44,210 nt of DNA from Burkholderiaceae bacterium (GTDB taxonomy: Bacteria; Pseudomonadota; Gammaproteobacteria; Burkholderiales; Burkholderiaceae_E): assembly GCA_044356835.1 (NCBI GenBank), contig JBIKVK010000001.1, forward strand, positions 1 through 44,210, written 5' to 3'. The notes beneath the pieces were generated by a model. That model saw only the letters and a program-made list of their open reading frames with translations. It was not told where the DNA came from and searched no databases. The position numbers and the translations under genes are program-made. Shown here piece after piece: positions 17,889 to 26,871 of the stretch; the stretch's first letter is position 1; each line of letters starts with the position of its first letter.

Positions 17889-18917
17889 TCATCCGAGCTC
17901 GCTCGCAGTGATCCGGCATTCGGTGGTCGACCCGCTCCAGTCGGCGAGCGGCCCGGCCAGATCGACCCCGCGCCGAACAGCCACCATCTCGGCCGCGATC
18001 GCCAGCGCGATCTCGGGTGGAGTCAAGGCTCCAATCGACAAACCCGCAGGGCCGCGCAGCCGCGCCACCTGATCAGGGCTCAGATCGAATTCAAGCAGGC
18101 GCTCGCGACGCTTGTCATTGTTGCGACGCGAACCGATCGCGGCAATGTAGAAGGCCGGCGTCTTCAGGGCCTCGATGAGGGCCAGGTCATCGAGTTTGGG
18201 GTCGTGCGTCAGGCAGACCAATGCGCTCGAGGCATCCAGGCGCATCGCCAGTACAAGATCATCGGGCATCGCCTCGGACAAAGTGATGCCGGGACGCGCC
18301 TGCCAACCGTGGCGATACTCCGGACGCGGATCGCACAGGGTGACCTGAAAATCGAGCGCGACGGCCATATCGGCCAGGTACATCGACATCTGGCCTGCGC
18401 CGACAATCAGCAGCCGATGCCGCGGGCCGTGCACCGTCTGCAATTGCCGGGCATCGAAGTGGAAGCGGTCGCCTGGCGCCGCCGGCTGCAGGCTCACCAC
18501 GCCACTCCTCATGTCGAGCGAACGCCGAACGACCTCATGGGCCTCGATGCGCTCAATCAGCTCGGACAGCCTCGACTGGTCCGACAAGGGCTCCAGAACG
18601 ACCTGAACGGTGCCTCCACAGGGCAGGCCGAAGCGCTGCGCCTCCTCGGCGCTTGCGCCATAGGTCGTCGTGGTCGGAATGGTCGAAGCCAAGTCACCCG
18701 CCCGCAAGCGCGCAATCAGGTCGTCTTCGATGCAACCGCCCGACACCGAACCGGCCACCTGTCCGTCGTCACGGATGATCATCAAGGATCCCAGCGGGCG
18801 AGGCGCCGAACCCCAGGTGCGCACAACCGTACCCAGCGTCACGCCGTGGCCGGCCTGCCGCCACTGCAGCGCCGTGCGCAGCACCTCGTGGTCAATGCCG
18901 CTCACGACGGCCCTCAT
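17889..18917 (-). CDS. XdhC/CoxI-family accessory protein (molybdenum cofactor insertion chaperone family)
   Basis: 342 aa. N-terminal XdhC_CoxI pattern (TVVRTWGSAPRPLGSLMIIRDDGQVAGSVSGGCIE) and a C-terminal Rossmann-like domain (LLIVGAGQMSMYLADMA). 50 nt upstream of the ABC exporter on the same strand. Confidence 0.8.
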   Translation of the reverse strand: MRAVVSGIDHEVLRTALQWRQAGHGVTLGTVVRTWGSAPRPLGSLMIIRDDGQVAGSVSGGCIEDDLIARLRAGDLASTIPTTTTYGASAEEAQRFGLPCGGTVQVVLEPLSDQSRLSELIERIEAHEVVRRSLDMRSGVVSLQPAAPGDRFHFDARQLQTVHGPRHRLLIVGAGQMSMYLADMAVALDFQVTLCDPRPEYRHGWQARPGITLSEAMPDDLVLAMRLDASSALVCLTHDPKLDDLALIEALKTPAFYIAAIGSRRNNDKRRERLLEFDLSPDQVARLRGPAGLSIGALTPPEIALAIAAEMVAVRRGVDLAGPLADWSGSTTECRITASELG

Positions 18918-19081
18918 GAACTGTGACTGCCAATTCGCCCTCCCGAATCAGCCGGGCGGCTGGACGCAGTGCTCCCGACCGCTTGGCTTCTTACGCGAAG
19001 GATACGCCAGATCACGCCCAGCCCGCCCGGACGACCGCACAGCACCCCGGAGTCCAGCCCCTGGTCCACCAGGGCTGAGCG

Positions 19082-19570
19082 CTATTCAATATGGACCGAA
19101 TGGCGTTTGGCTCGCTCGACCTTGGGCAGCGTGAGGGTCAGCAAACCATCCCTGAACTGGGCCTTGGCACGACTGCCGTCCACCGCAGCAGGCAGCCCGA
19201 TCGTGCGACTGAATGCGCCGCGCGAGATCTCGCAGCGCACATAGTCACCCGCCTCTTCCTTTTCCTCACGGTCCAATTCGCCCTTCACGGTCAAGCTGTC
19301 CTCGCCCACCGACACGTCGATATCCTTCTTGTCGACGCCGGGCACCTCGATGCGGACCTGCAGGTCGTCCTCACGATCAAGGACATCGACCCGCGGTACG
19401 CGCGCCTCAGACCCATCGAGGTCGAAGGCGGCCGGCCACTCTGAGCGCCAGGGGTGGAGCCAGCCACGCCGGGCCAGCAAGCGGTCAAACATGCGGTCCA
19501 TCTGGTCAAACGGCGAGAGGGCTCTGAGCGGAGCACTCTCTTTCACAACCAAGGCTTTGTCGTCGGCCAT
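19082..19570 (-). CDS. Hsp20/alpha-crystallin family small heat-shock protein
   Basis: 162 aa. Alpha-crystallin domain (VDVLDREDDLQVRIEVPGVDKKDIDVSV..LTVKGE..ISRGAFSRTIGLP..AQFRDGLLTLTLPK). AGGAG is 8 nt upstream of the ATG. Confidence 0.92.
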   Translation of the reverse strand: MADDKALVVKESAPLRALSPFDQMDRMFDRLLARRGWLHPWRSEWPAAFDLDGSEARVPRVDVLDREDDLQVRIEVPGVDKKDIDVSVGEDSLTVKGELDREEKEEAGDYVRCEISRGAFSRTIGLPAAVDGSRAKAQFRDGLLTLTLPKVERAKRHSVHIE

Positions 19571-19597
19571 TTCTCGTTACTCCTGTCCTGAGATGCA

Positions 19598-19626
19598 ATC
19601 GGTGGGCCGTGCCGATCGCGCTCAAG
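19598..19626 (-). promoter_or_regulatory. Candidate sigma32 (RpoH)-type heat-shock promoter for hsp20
   Basis: Minus strand: CTTGAG (19626..19621), 14 nt, CCCACCGAT (19606..19598). Compare the E. coli sigma32 consensus CTTGAA-N13-17-CCCCATnT. Lies ~30 nt upstream of the hsp20 ATG. Confidence 0.35.
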
Positions 19627-19733
19627 CCGCAGGCGCAATCCGGACGCTCGATCGCCCTGCTCGCGCAGGCCGTCTCGTCTTAGCGCACGGATCATCTCGG
19701 CACGGTCACCCACGATGCCACAGGCGGGTTCGC

Positions 19734-21356
19734 TCAGATTTGTGGCGACTCAAGCGGGGCTGCGTTCGCGGTTTTATCTGCAATCTCGGTCATGGTCGCC
19801 TCGGTCAGAAGCAGCAAGCTCGCCACTGAAACCGCATTTTCGAGCGCAACCCGCAATACTCGCGTCGCGTCGATGATGCCGGCCTCGAACAGGTCGACAT
19901 AACACTTGCGTGCCGCATCAAATCCCACCCAGGCCTCGGTCTCCATCAGGCGCGCGAGCACCGCTCCGCCGTCGACAGCAGAGTTGTCCGCAATCGCGCG
20001 CGCCGGAGCGGTGAGGGCACGGGCAAGGATCTGCATGCCCGTTCGCTCATCGCCCTCGGCCTCGCGTGCGGCCCGATCGATTCCGGGCACGATGCGCAGG
20101 TAGGAGAGCCCGCCACCGGCCACGATACCTTCAGCCGCGGCAGCCCGGGTGGCCGAAATGGCATCATCAAAAGCGTCCTTGCGGGCGTTGATCTCGGCTT
20201 CACTGCCCGCGCCTACGCGAATCACCGCCACGCCTCCAGCGAGCTTGCCCAGCCGCTCCTTCAAGTGCTGCTGGTCGTAGTCACCCGGGGCTTCATCGAT
20301 CTCTCGTCGCAGCTGAAGGATGCGCGCATCGATATGAGCACGCTCGCCCGCCCCACCGATCAGCGTCGTGCGTTCACGGGACACCACCACGCGACGCGCA
20401 CGGCCCAGTTGCTCGAGCTTCACCGATTCGAGCTTCAAGCCGAGTGCGTCGGAGACCACTTGCGCTCCGGTCAGCACTGCAATGTCCTCAAGCATTTCGC
20501 GCCGCCGCTCGCCATAGCCGGGCGCTCTGACCGCACAGCTGTGAAGCACCGCCCGGATCTGGTTGACGATCAACGTGGCCAGGGCCTCGCCTTCGATGTC
20601 CTCGGCCACAAACAGGACTGGCCTCCCGGTTTTGGCCACCTGCTCCAGAATCGGGAGCAATTCGCCCAGCGCGGCGATCTTGCGATCGGCCAGCAGCACA
20701 AAGGCGTCTTCCAGGATGGCCTCCATGCGCTCGGGCTGCGATGCGAAATAAGGCGAGAGCCAGCCGCGATCGAACTGCAGTCCTTCGACGATCTCAAGCG
20801 TGGTCTCGGTGGTCCTGGACGACTCCACCGTAATCACCCCGTCGGCGCCGATGCGATCCATGGCCTCGGCCACCTGTTCGCCAATCGCGGGGTCGTTATG
20901 CGCCGAAATCGTGGCCACCTGGGCCCGCTCCAAGCGGGAGGCGACCGGGCGCGACTGCGCGCGCAAAGCATCGACCGCCAGAGCCAGAGCGCGGTCGAGG
21001 CCGCGTTTCAGGTCGATCGCGCTCGCCCCCGCAACCACATTGCGGATGCCATCGGCCAATATCGCATGGGCGATGACGGTGGCAGTCGATGTACCGTCAC
21101 CGACCGCCTCGCCGGTCCGCTCGGCGGCCTGGCGCAACATTCGGGCACCCAGGTCTTCCTCGGCATCCTCGAGCTCGGTTTCCCGCGCGATCGTGACCCC
21201 GTCGTTACAGACGATCGGCGAGCCCCAGCGCCGATGGATCAGCACCGATTTTGAGCGCGGGCCCAGCGTCACCCGAATGGCGTCGGCGAGCTGAGTCGCG
21301 CCACTCAGCACTTTTTCCCGCGCCTGGGATCGGAACAGGATCTTCTTTGCTACCAT
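19734..21356 (-). CDS. groEL: Chaperonin GroEL paralogue (divergent, no adjacent groES)
   Basis: 540 aa from ATG 21356 (MVAKKILFRSQAREKVL..). Aligns along its full length with E. coli GroEL by eye (VTLGPR, GDGTSTATV, ITVE, VEGLQFDRGWLSPYF, EDIEGEALATL, AVRAPGYGERR, LAGGVAVIRVGA, GIVAGGG). Roughly 40-50% identity by eye, not computed. Lacks the C-terminal GGM repeats. The 774 aa track ORF is an upstream over-extension. Confidence 0.9.
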   Translation of the reverse strand: MVAKKILFRSQAREKVLSGATQLADAIRVTLGPRSKSVLIHRRWGSPIVCNDGVTIARETELEDAEEDLGARMLRQAAERTGEAVGDGTSTATVIAHAILADGIRNVVAGASAIDLKRGLDRALALAVDALRAQSRPVASRLERAQVATISAHNDPAIGEQVAEAMDRIGADGVITVESSRTTETTLEIVEGLQFDRGWLSPYFASQPERMEAILEDAFVLLADRKIAALGELLPILEQVAKTGRPVLFVAEDIEGEALATLIVNQIRAVLHSCAVRAPGYGERRREMLEDIAVLTGAQVVSDALGLKLESVKLEQLGRARRVVVSRERTTLIGGAGERAHIDARILQLRREIDEAPGDYDQQHLKERLGKLAGGVAVIRVGAGSEAEINARKDAFDDAISATRAAAAEGIVAGGGLSYLRIVPGIDRAAREAEGDERTGMQILARALTAPARAIADNSAVDGGAVLARLMETEAWVGFDAARKCYVDLFEAGIIDATRVLRVALENAVSVASLLLLTEATMTEIADKTANAAPLESPQI

Positions 21357-21467
21357 CGCTTGCTCCAGAATTGCCCTGCCGACGATATCGAGACCGGCTG
21401 GGGGCGGCTTGATGACGGGCAAGCACCGCGTGGGCGGAACCCACGACAGACGCTGAAGGTCACGACG

Positions 21468-22361
21468 ATGGTTGAACAATGGCTGGGCGTGCTCTTTCCG
21501 GACGGACTGGGCACACAATGGATCAGCATGCTTTCGACCCTGGTGGTCGTCATCGGTGCGCTGGTCCTGCGCAAGATCCTGATGCGGGTGCTTCAAGGTT
21601 TTTTCGGTACGCTCGTGCGACGCTCCGATTCGGCCGAGCAGCAGCGGCGGATTGAAACCCTCGGCCGGGTCGCGCGGCACACCCTGTCGCTCTTGATCGT
21701 GGTCGTCACCATCCTGATCGTGCTCAACACCCTGGGCATTTCGATCGCACCCATTCTCGGTGCGGCCGGTGTCGCCGGAGTCGCAATCGGTTTTGGCGCC
21801 CAAAGCCTGGTGAAGGATTTCTTCTCGGGCGTGTTCCTGCTGCTTGAAAACCAGATCCGGGTGGGCGATGTGGTCGAGATCGCGGGAAAAAGCGGGGTGG
21901 TTGAAGGAATGACCCTGCGGCGCATTCAACTGCGCTCGGTCGACGGGGCCGTGCACTATGTCTCGAACGGATTGATCACGACAGTGACCAATTTTTCGAC
22001 CGAGTTCGCCTATGCCGTGGTCGATATCGGCATCGCCTACAAGGAAGATCTCGACCACGTGTTCGAGGTGATGCGCGCGACCGCCCTTGACATGAAGTCG
22101 GCCGAGCCCTTCTCAAAGACCGTCATCGGCGATCTGGAAATCCTCGGCGTGGACCAGTGGGCCGAGTCGGCGGTGATGGTGCGCTGCCGGATGAAAACCC
22201 AGCCTTTACAGCAGTGGGCCGCGCGCCGCGAGTACCTCAAGCGGTTGAAGCAGGCTTTCGCCGAGGCCGGCATTTCGATTCCGTTTCCGCACCGCACGCT
22301 CGTGCAGGAAAACGGCGAGCCCAAAGGCGGTCCTGCACTCTCCCCCGAGAAGACCCGCTGA
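21468..22361 (+). CDS. Mechanosensitive ion channel family protein (MscS-like)
   Basis: Three TM helices, then the MscS signature region (GVAIGFGAQSLVKDFFSGVFLLLENQIRVGDVVEI). I prefer ATG 21468 (MVEQWLG..) over the track start 21360, which abuts the groEL start. Confidence 0.85.
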   Translation: MVEQWLGVLFPDGLGTQWISMLSTLVVVIGALVLRKILMRVLQGFFGTLVRRSDSAEQQRRIETLGRVARHTLSLLIVVVTILIVLNTLGISIAPILGAAGVAGVAIGFGAQSLVKDFFSGVFLLLENQIRVGDVVEIAGKSGVVEGMTLRRIQLRSVDGAVHYVSNGLITTVTNFSTEFAYAVVDIGIAYKEDLDHVFEVMRATALDMKSAEPFSKTVIGDLEILGVDQWAESAVMVRCRMKTQPLQQWAARREYLKRLKQAFAEAGISIPFPHRTLVQENGEPKGGPALSPEKTR

Positions 22362-22379
22362 CCCCCATCTGCGGCCCGC

Positions 22380-23060
22380 TCAGCGCGCGCAGTTGCGGGG
22401 GCGAGCCGTACGGATCGCCGCGCTCGCCTCGACCACCTCTGCGCCCAGGGCGACAAACACCCGTTCGCCCGCCGACAGCGCAACACGCCCACCGCCGGTG
22501 AATGCGCCGAAGGCGGGCAACACCAAGGCCCGTGGGCGCAGCCAGAAACAGGGACGCACCAGCGAGTCGAGGGCGCTCCCAATCCTCACCACCGGGTGCA
22601 CATGCCCGGCGATCGTGAAGGGGGCAGGCGTATCGGGTGGCTCATGTTTGAGCAACCAGCCGCCGAGGCGTTCTTCTGCACCGGGACATTCGATGCCGCA
22701 TTGAGCGGGCAGGCCGCCGGCATGACGATCGTGATTGCCTGTGAGCAGGCGCACGACGACATCGGAGTGACGCTTTCGCCATGCGGAGAGCGCATCGAGC
22801 ACAGCGGGATGGTGCGCCCGGGCGTCATGCATCAGATCGCCCAGGATGTAGAGAACCGCCGGGCGGTAACGCAACAGCACATCATCGAGAAGGGCCAGAG
22901 TCCGCAAGGTGCTGCCTGCAGGCACATTGACGCCACGCGACCGGAAACTGAACCCCTTGCCAAGATGCAGGTCTGCGACCATGAGGCAGCGGTTGAGCGG
23001 GTCCCATACCGCGTGTTCGGGCAGCAGCACGAGATCGCCGGGTGCGAGTTCGAGCCTCAT
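22380..23060 (-). CDS. pdeM: Ligase-associated DNA damage response endonuclease PdeM (metallophosphoesterase)
   Basis: 226 aa. VADLHLGKG, LGDLMHD, GNHD and GHVHP calcineurin-like phosphoesterase motifs. ATGA overlap with the preceding helicase gene. Confidence 0.85.
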   Translation of the reverse strand: MRLELAPGDLVLLPEHAVWDPLNRCLMVADLHLGKGFSFRSRGVNVPAGSTLRTLALLDDVLLRYRPAVLYILGDLMHDARAHHPAVLDALSAWRKRHSDVVVRLLTGNHDRHAGGLPAQCGIECPGAEERLGGWLLKHEPPDTPAPFTIAGHVHPVVRIGSALDSLVRPCFWLRPRALVLPAFGAFTGGGRVALSAGERVFVALGAEVVEASAAIRTARPRNCAR

Positions 23061-25531
23061 GAGCCGCGTTCTGCCTGCGCGAGCATCCGGGCGATTCTGA
23101 CCTCGAGCTGCTCGGTGCTCAGGCGCTCGCGCAAGCGCTCGACCATCAGCGGAAATGCGAAGGGGGTGGGTCGCTCGATCGGCACGACGACGACCGGATG
23201 GCCCGCACGAGCCTCAAGACAGGAACGGATCCTCGGCCACTGCAACTCCGCCTCGAGCACTTCGTTTCGCGCCTGATCCAGCAGACGATTTCCCGGGTCG
23301 TGTCGAACGAAGACCTCGTGAAAGAGCCGGGCCGACGCCTGCAGCGTGCGCACGGAACGACGCTCCCGGACGCCACCCGGGGGGAGCAGTCCCGCGATGC
23401 GGGCGGTCTCTCGAAAGCGCCGAGCCGTCAGCTCTGCCGCATTGACCGCGGCCACCAGATCGGACTCAAACCGGGACGTGTCCCAGAGCGCATGGGCCGC
23501 AATCTCTTCAGGCTCAAAGGGCGCGGCCCCCAGGAGTTCGAAACCGTAGTCGTTGACCGCGATCGAATAGGTCGCCGGCTGGCGGCGAGCCAGTCGATAG
23601 GCCAGCAGGCTCGCCAGCCCGAGATGCGCGGCCCGTCCGGCGAAGGGATAGGCAAAGAGATGGTGGCCCTCGCGCGATGACCAGAGTTCAACCAACAGAA
23701 ACTCCCGGCCGGGCAGGCGGGAACGCTTTTCCTGAAGCGAAAGCAGCGGCTCCAGCGCGACGAGCTCTGGCACCCCGGTCCGGGCACGGCCCGCAGCGTC
23801 GCGTCCATCGAGCAGCTCGAGCATCGCGTCGGCCAGCTCCCCCGACAGGGGCATGCGTGACCCCACCCAGCGCGACACCGCCGGCCGGCGGGCGTGCCCG
23901 CGACGAACCCAGGCCACCATGTCCTGAAAGCGAACCAGTTCCCAGACCCGGCCCGCAAACACGAAGTGGTCCCCTGGGCTGAGACGCGCGATGAAGGATT
24001 CCTCGACCGCGCCGATGCGGCGGCCCTTCATGACCTGGACGCTGACCTCAGCGTCGGCCACGATGGTCCCGATCGACTGGCGATGACGCCGGGCGATGGC
24101 TGCATCGGGCACCTGCCAGCGTCCTGAGTCGTCACGGACCAGCTTGTGGTATTGCGGGTAGGCAGTCAGGCTCGTCCCGCCGTGAACGACAAAATCGAGG
24201 GCCCAGCGCCAGGCGGCCTCATCGAGGCAGCGATAGGCGTGAGTACTCTTGACCTCTGACAAAAGCTCGCGCTCCGTAAAGGGCGCCCCCAGGGCGACCG
24301 TGACGAGGTGCTGCACCAGCACATCGAGCGGTTGCTCAAGGGTGCGATGGGGTTCGATCCGCCCGGCCTTCACCGCCCGCCGTGCCGCGGCGGCCTCGAG
24401 GAGCTCAAGCGCATGGGTCGGAACCAGACTCACCCGGGACTGCCCACCGGGGCGATGACCGGACCGGCCGGCCCGCTGCAACAGCCGGGCCACACCCTTC
24501 GCGCTACCGATCTGCAGCACCCGTTCGACTGGGGCGAAATCCACGCCCAAGTCGAGCGTGGAGGTGCAGACGACCGCGCGCAGGCGCCCGTCGCGCAGGC
24601 CCGCCTCGACCCAACGTCGGACCTCGACATCGAGCGAACCATGATGAAGCGCAATCAGTCCGGCCCAGTCCGGGCGCGAGTCGAGCAGCATCTGGTACCA
24701 GAGCTCGGCCTGAGCCCGGGTATTGCAAAACACCAGCGTGGTCGAGGCGACCTCGATCTCACGCACCACCTGCGCGAGCATCTGCGATCCCAGATGCCCC
24801 GCCCAGGGGAAGCGTTCGACCGAGTCGGGCATCAGCGTGTCGACGATCGGCACGCGTCGCTGCGGCGCGCTCACCACCGCACCGGTCGGGCCGCTTCCCG
24901 TCAGCACCTCAAGGGCTCGCTCCGGATGAGCGAGAGTGGCCGAAAGACCCCACACCACCGGCTCGTCGGCCAGACGGCGCAGCCTTGCCCAGGCCAGCTG
25001 GACCTGAACGCCGCGCTTGCTCCCGATCAGCTCATGCCACTCGTCGACCACCACGGTGCTCAGGTTGCAAAACAGAGACCGACTTTCCGGATGGGCCATC
25101 AGCAGTGACAGGCTCTCAGGCGTGGTCACCAGCGCAAAAGGAGGCGTTTTGAGTTGGCGGGTCCGCTCGGCCGATGCCGTATCGCTGGTGCGAAGCGCCA
25201 CCGTGCTCCCGGGCGCCAGCGCGGCCAGTGACGACGCGAGCGCCTCGTGGGTGTCGCTTGCCAGCGCGCGCATGGGCGTGACCCACAGCACCTGAAGCCG
25301 GCCCCGAAGGCCCGCCGGGGCACGCAATAGCGCCCCAAACCAGACCGCGAGCGTCTTCCCCGACCCGGTCCCGGCGTGAAGCAGACCACTGCGGCCGGCC
25401 TGCATGTCCCGCCAGACCCGGCGCTGGAAAGGCTGCGCAGCCCAGCCCCTGTCGTCAAACCACCGATCCAGGTCGGACCGTACGACCCGCCCGCGGCACG
25501 GGCTAGCGACCGTACCAGTCGCGCACGGCAT
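23057..25531 (-). CDS. Ligase-associated DNA damage response DEXH-box helicase (Lhr-like)
   Basis: 824 aa. Motif I AGTGSGKT, motif II DEWH, motif VI QRAGRSGHR, and a long C-terminal Lhr-type domain. Confidence 0.88.
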   Translation of the reverse strand: MPCATGTVASPCRGRVVRSDLDRWFDDRGWAAQPFQRRVWRDMQAGRSGLLHAGTGSGKTLAVWFGALLRAPAGLRGRLQVLWVTPMRALASDTHEALASSLAALAPGSTVALRTSDTASAERTRQLKTPPFALVTTPESLSLLMAHPESRSLFCNLSTVVVDEWHELIGSKRGVQVQLAWARLRRLADEPVVWGLSATLAHPERALEVLTGSGPTGAVVSAPQRRVPIVDTLMPDSVERFPWAGHLGSQMLAQVVREIEVASTTLVFCNTRAQAELWYQMLLDSRPDWAGLIALHHGSLDVEVRRWVEAGLRDGRLRAVVCTSTLDLGVDFAPVERVLQIGSAKGVARLLQRAGRSGHRPGGQSRVSLVPTHALELLEAAAARRAVKAGRIEPHRTLEQPLDVLVQHLVTVALGAPFTERELLSEVKSTHAYRCLDEAAWRWALDFVVHGGTSLTAYPQYHKLVRDDSGRWQVPDAAIARRHRQSIGTIVADAEVSVQVMKGRRIGAVEESFIARLSPGDHFVFAGRVWELVRFQDMVAWVRRGHARRPAVSRWVGSRMPLSGELADAMLELLDGRDAAGRARTGVPELVALEPLLSLQEKRSRLPGREFLLVELWSSREGHHLFAYPFAGRAAHLGLASLLAYRLARRQPATYSIAVNDYGFELLGAAPFEPEEIAAHALWDTSRFESDLVAAVNAAELTARRFRETARIAGLLPPGGVRERRSVRTLQASARLFHEVFVRHDPGNRLLDQARNEVLEAELQWPRIRSCLEARAGHPVVVVPIERPTPFAFPLMVERLRERLSTEQLEVRIARMLAQAERGS

Positions 25532-26681
25532 GGATGAACCGATCGGCCCCCTCGCTCACTGTGGCGGGGGCGAGCGCACCAAAGGCCAGCCGCTGGGCGT
25601 TGACGCGGGCCGTATCCGTGAGCCCGAAGGCAAAGCCGGGGATGGTCGCCACCCGGTGGCGCTCGACCATTGCCCTCGAAAAAGCGAGAGGATCGTCGAC
25701 GCCGGGCAAGTTCATCAGCACGTAAAACGCGCCTTCGGTCGCCGGAAAGCTCACCAGATCGCCCAGGCTCGAAAGCTTGGCGTGTACGGTCTCGCGCACC
25801 TTTCCGAGCGCCTCGATATGCGGGCGCACCCATTCGCGGCCCAGCCTCAATGCCTCCAGGCCGATCAACTGCGAGACCACCGGTGCACAGATCAGGTTGG
25901 TGTCCTGTACTTTCTCCATCGCCTCGCGCAGGTCGGCCGGATACACCACATAGCCCACACGCCAGCTGGCCAGGCCATAGTTCTTGGACAGGGAATAAAA
26001 GCTCAGGGTGTGGCGGCCAGCGCCTGGAATCGAACCGGGCGAAAAATGGCGGGCCTTGCCGTAAACGAAATACTCGTAGGCCTCGTCACTGAAGTGGTAG
26101 AGCCCCCGCTCGGCGCACAGCCGGTTGACGGCGCGCAAGTCGGCCTCCGGGTAGACGGCCCCGCTCGGATTGTTCGGGGAGACGGTCACGATCGCACGTG
26201 TGCGCGGTCCGATGGCGCGCTCAATCGCATCGAGGTCCAGCTGGTAGTCCGGGCGCGTGGGTACGCAAACCGGCTCACAGCCGGCCATGCGGATCGCCAT
26301 CTCCTGATTGAAATAGTAGGGCCGCGGCAGGATGAAGGCATCGCCCGGATCGGCCACGGCAAAGACCGCATTGAGAAAGGCCATATTGCTGCCGGCTGTC
26401 ACAGCGATGGCCGATCCAGCGGCCACGTCGATCCGGTTTTCGCGTAGGAGCTTGGCGGCGAGGGCATCCACCAGAGGCGCGATCCCGCCGACAGCCTGGT
26501 AACGGTGAAGTGATGCATCCGACATGAGCTTCGGGATCGCCTCGAGCAACTCGGGCGGAGGGCCATAGCTCACCACGCCCTGACCGAGCGAGATCGTGCC
26601 CGGGTGGGCGCGCACCAGCGCGGCGATGGTCGGGATGATCGGGGTGTCGACCGCGTCGATGCGCGATGAACTGCGTTTCAC
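25503..26681 (-). CDS. Pyridoxal phosphate-dependent aminotransferase (class I/II fold)
   Basis: 392 aa with a GTG start. ISLGQG, SPNNPSG and YSLSKNYGLASWRVGY (PLP-lysine region). Its stop lies 29 nt inside the helicase ORF. Confidence 0.8.
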   Translation of the reverse strand: MKRSSSRIDAVDTPIIPTIAALVRAHPGTISLGQGVVSYGPPPELLEAIPKLMSDASLHRYQAVGGIAPLVDALAAKLLRENRIDVAAGSAIAVTAGSNMAFLNAVFAVADPGDAFILPRPYYFNQEMAIRMAGCEPVCVPTRPDYQLDLDAIERAIGPRTRAIVTVSPNNPSGAVYPEADLRAVNRLCAERGLYHFSDEAYEYFVYGKARHFSPGSIPGAGRHTLSFYSLSKNYGLASWRVGYVVYPADLREAMEKVQDTNLICAPVVSQLIGLEALRLGREWVRPHIEALGKVRETVHAKLSSLGDLVSFPATEGAFYVLMNLPGVDDPLAFSRAMVERHRVATIPGFAFGLTDTARVNAQRLAFGALAPATVSEGADRFIHAVRDWYGR

Positions 26682-26871
26682 GATTCAAAGCTCCGGGGCA
26701 CGAGGGGGTCGCGACTGCCCCAGGCGAGGGGCGTACGCTCAAGCCGCGATCTTAATCGCCCGCGGTCATGGGCGTCGCTCATTCCCGAGGGCGGCCGGGG
26801 CCGGTGGTCGGGCGGGTCCGGCCACGGTCACGGCCCCGCGGTCGATCGATGCCGAGCCGACACAGCCCGGC

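Noticed and set aside
19054-19076. Imperfect hairpin AGCCCCTGG-TCCA-CCAGGGCT just downstream of the hsp20 stop, as a possible terminator
   Set aside because: The stem is imperfect (one bulged C) and has no U-tract on the minus strand, so this is too weak to call a terminator.
21357-22058. Upstream extension of the GroEL ORF to 774 aa
   Set aside because: The extension is antisense to the MscS-family gene and has no chaperonin similarity. The canonical GroEL N-terminus begins at ATG 21356, which has an RBS.
23155-26447. Multiple 100-350 aa plus-strand ORFs over the helicase and aminotransferase genes (e.g. 24308..25108, 24382..25152, 25404..26447)
   Set aside because: Shadow ORFs on the strand opposite well-supported genes, with mutually overlapping frames.
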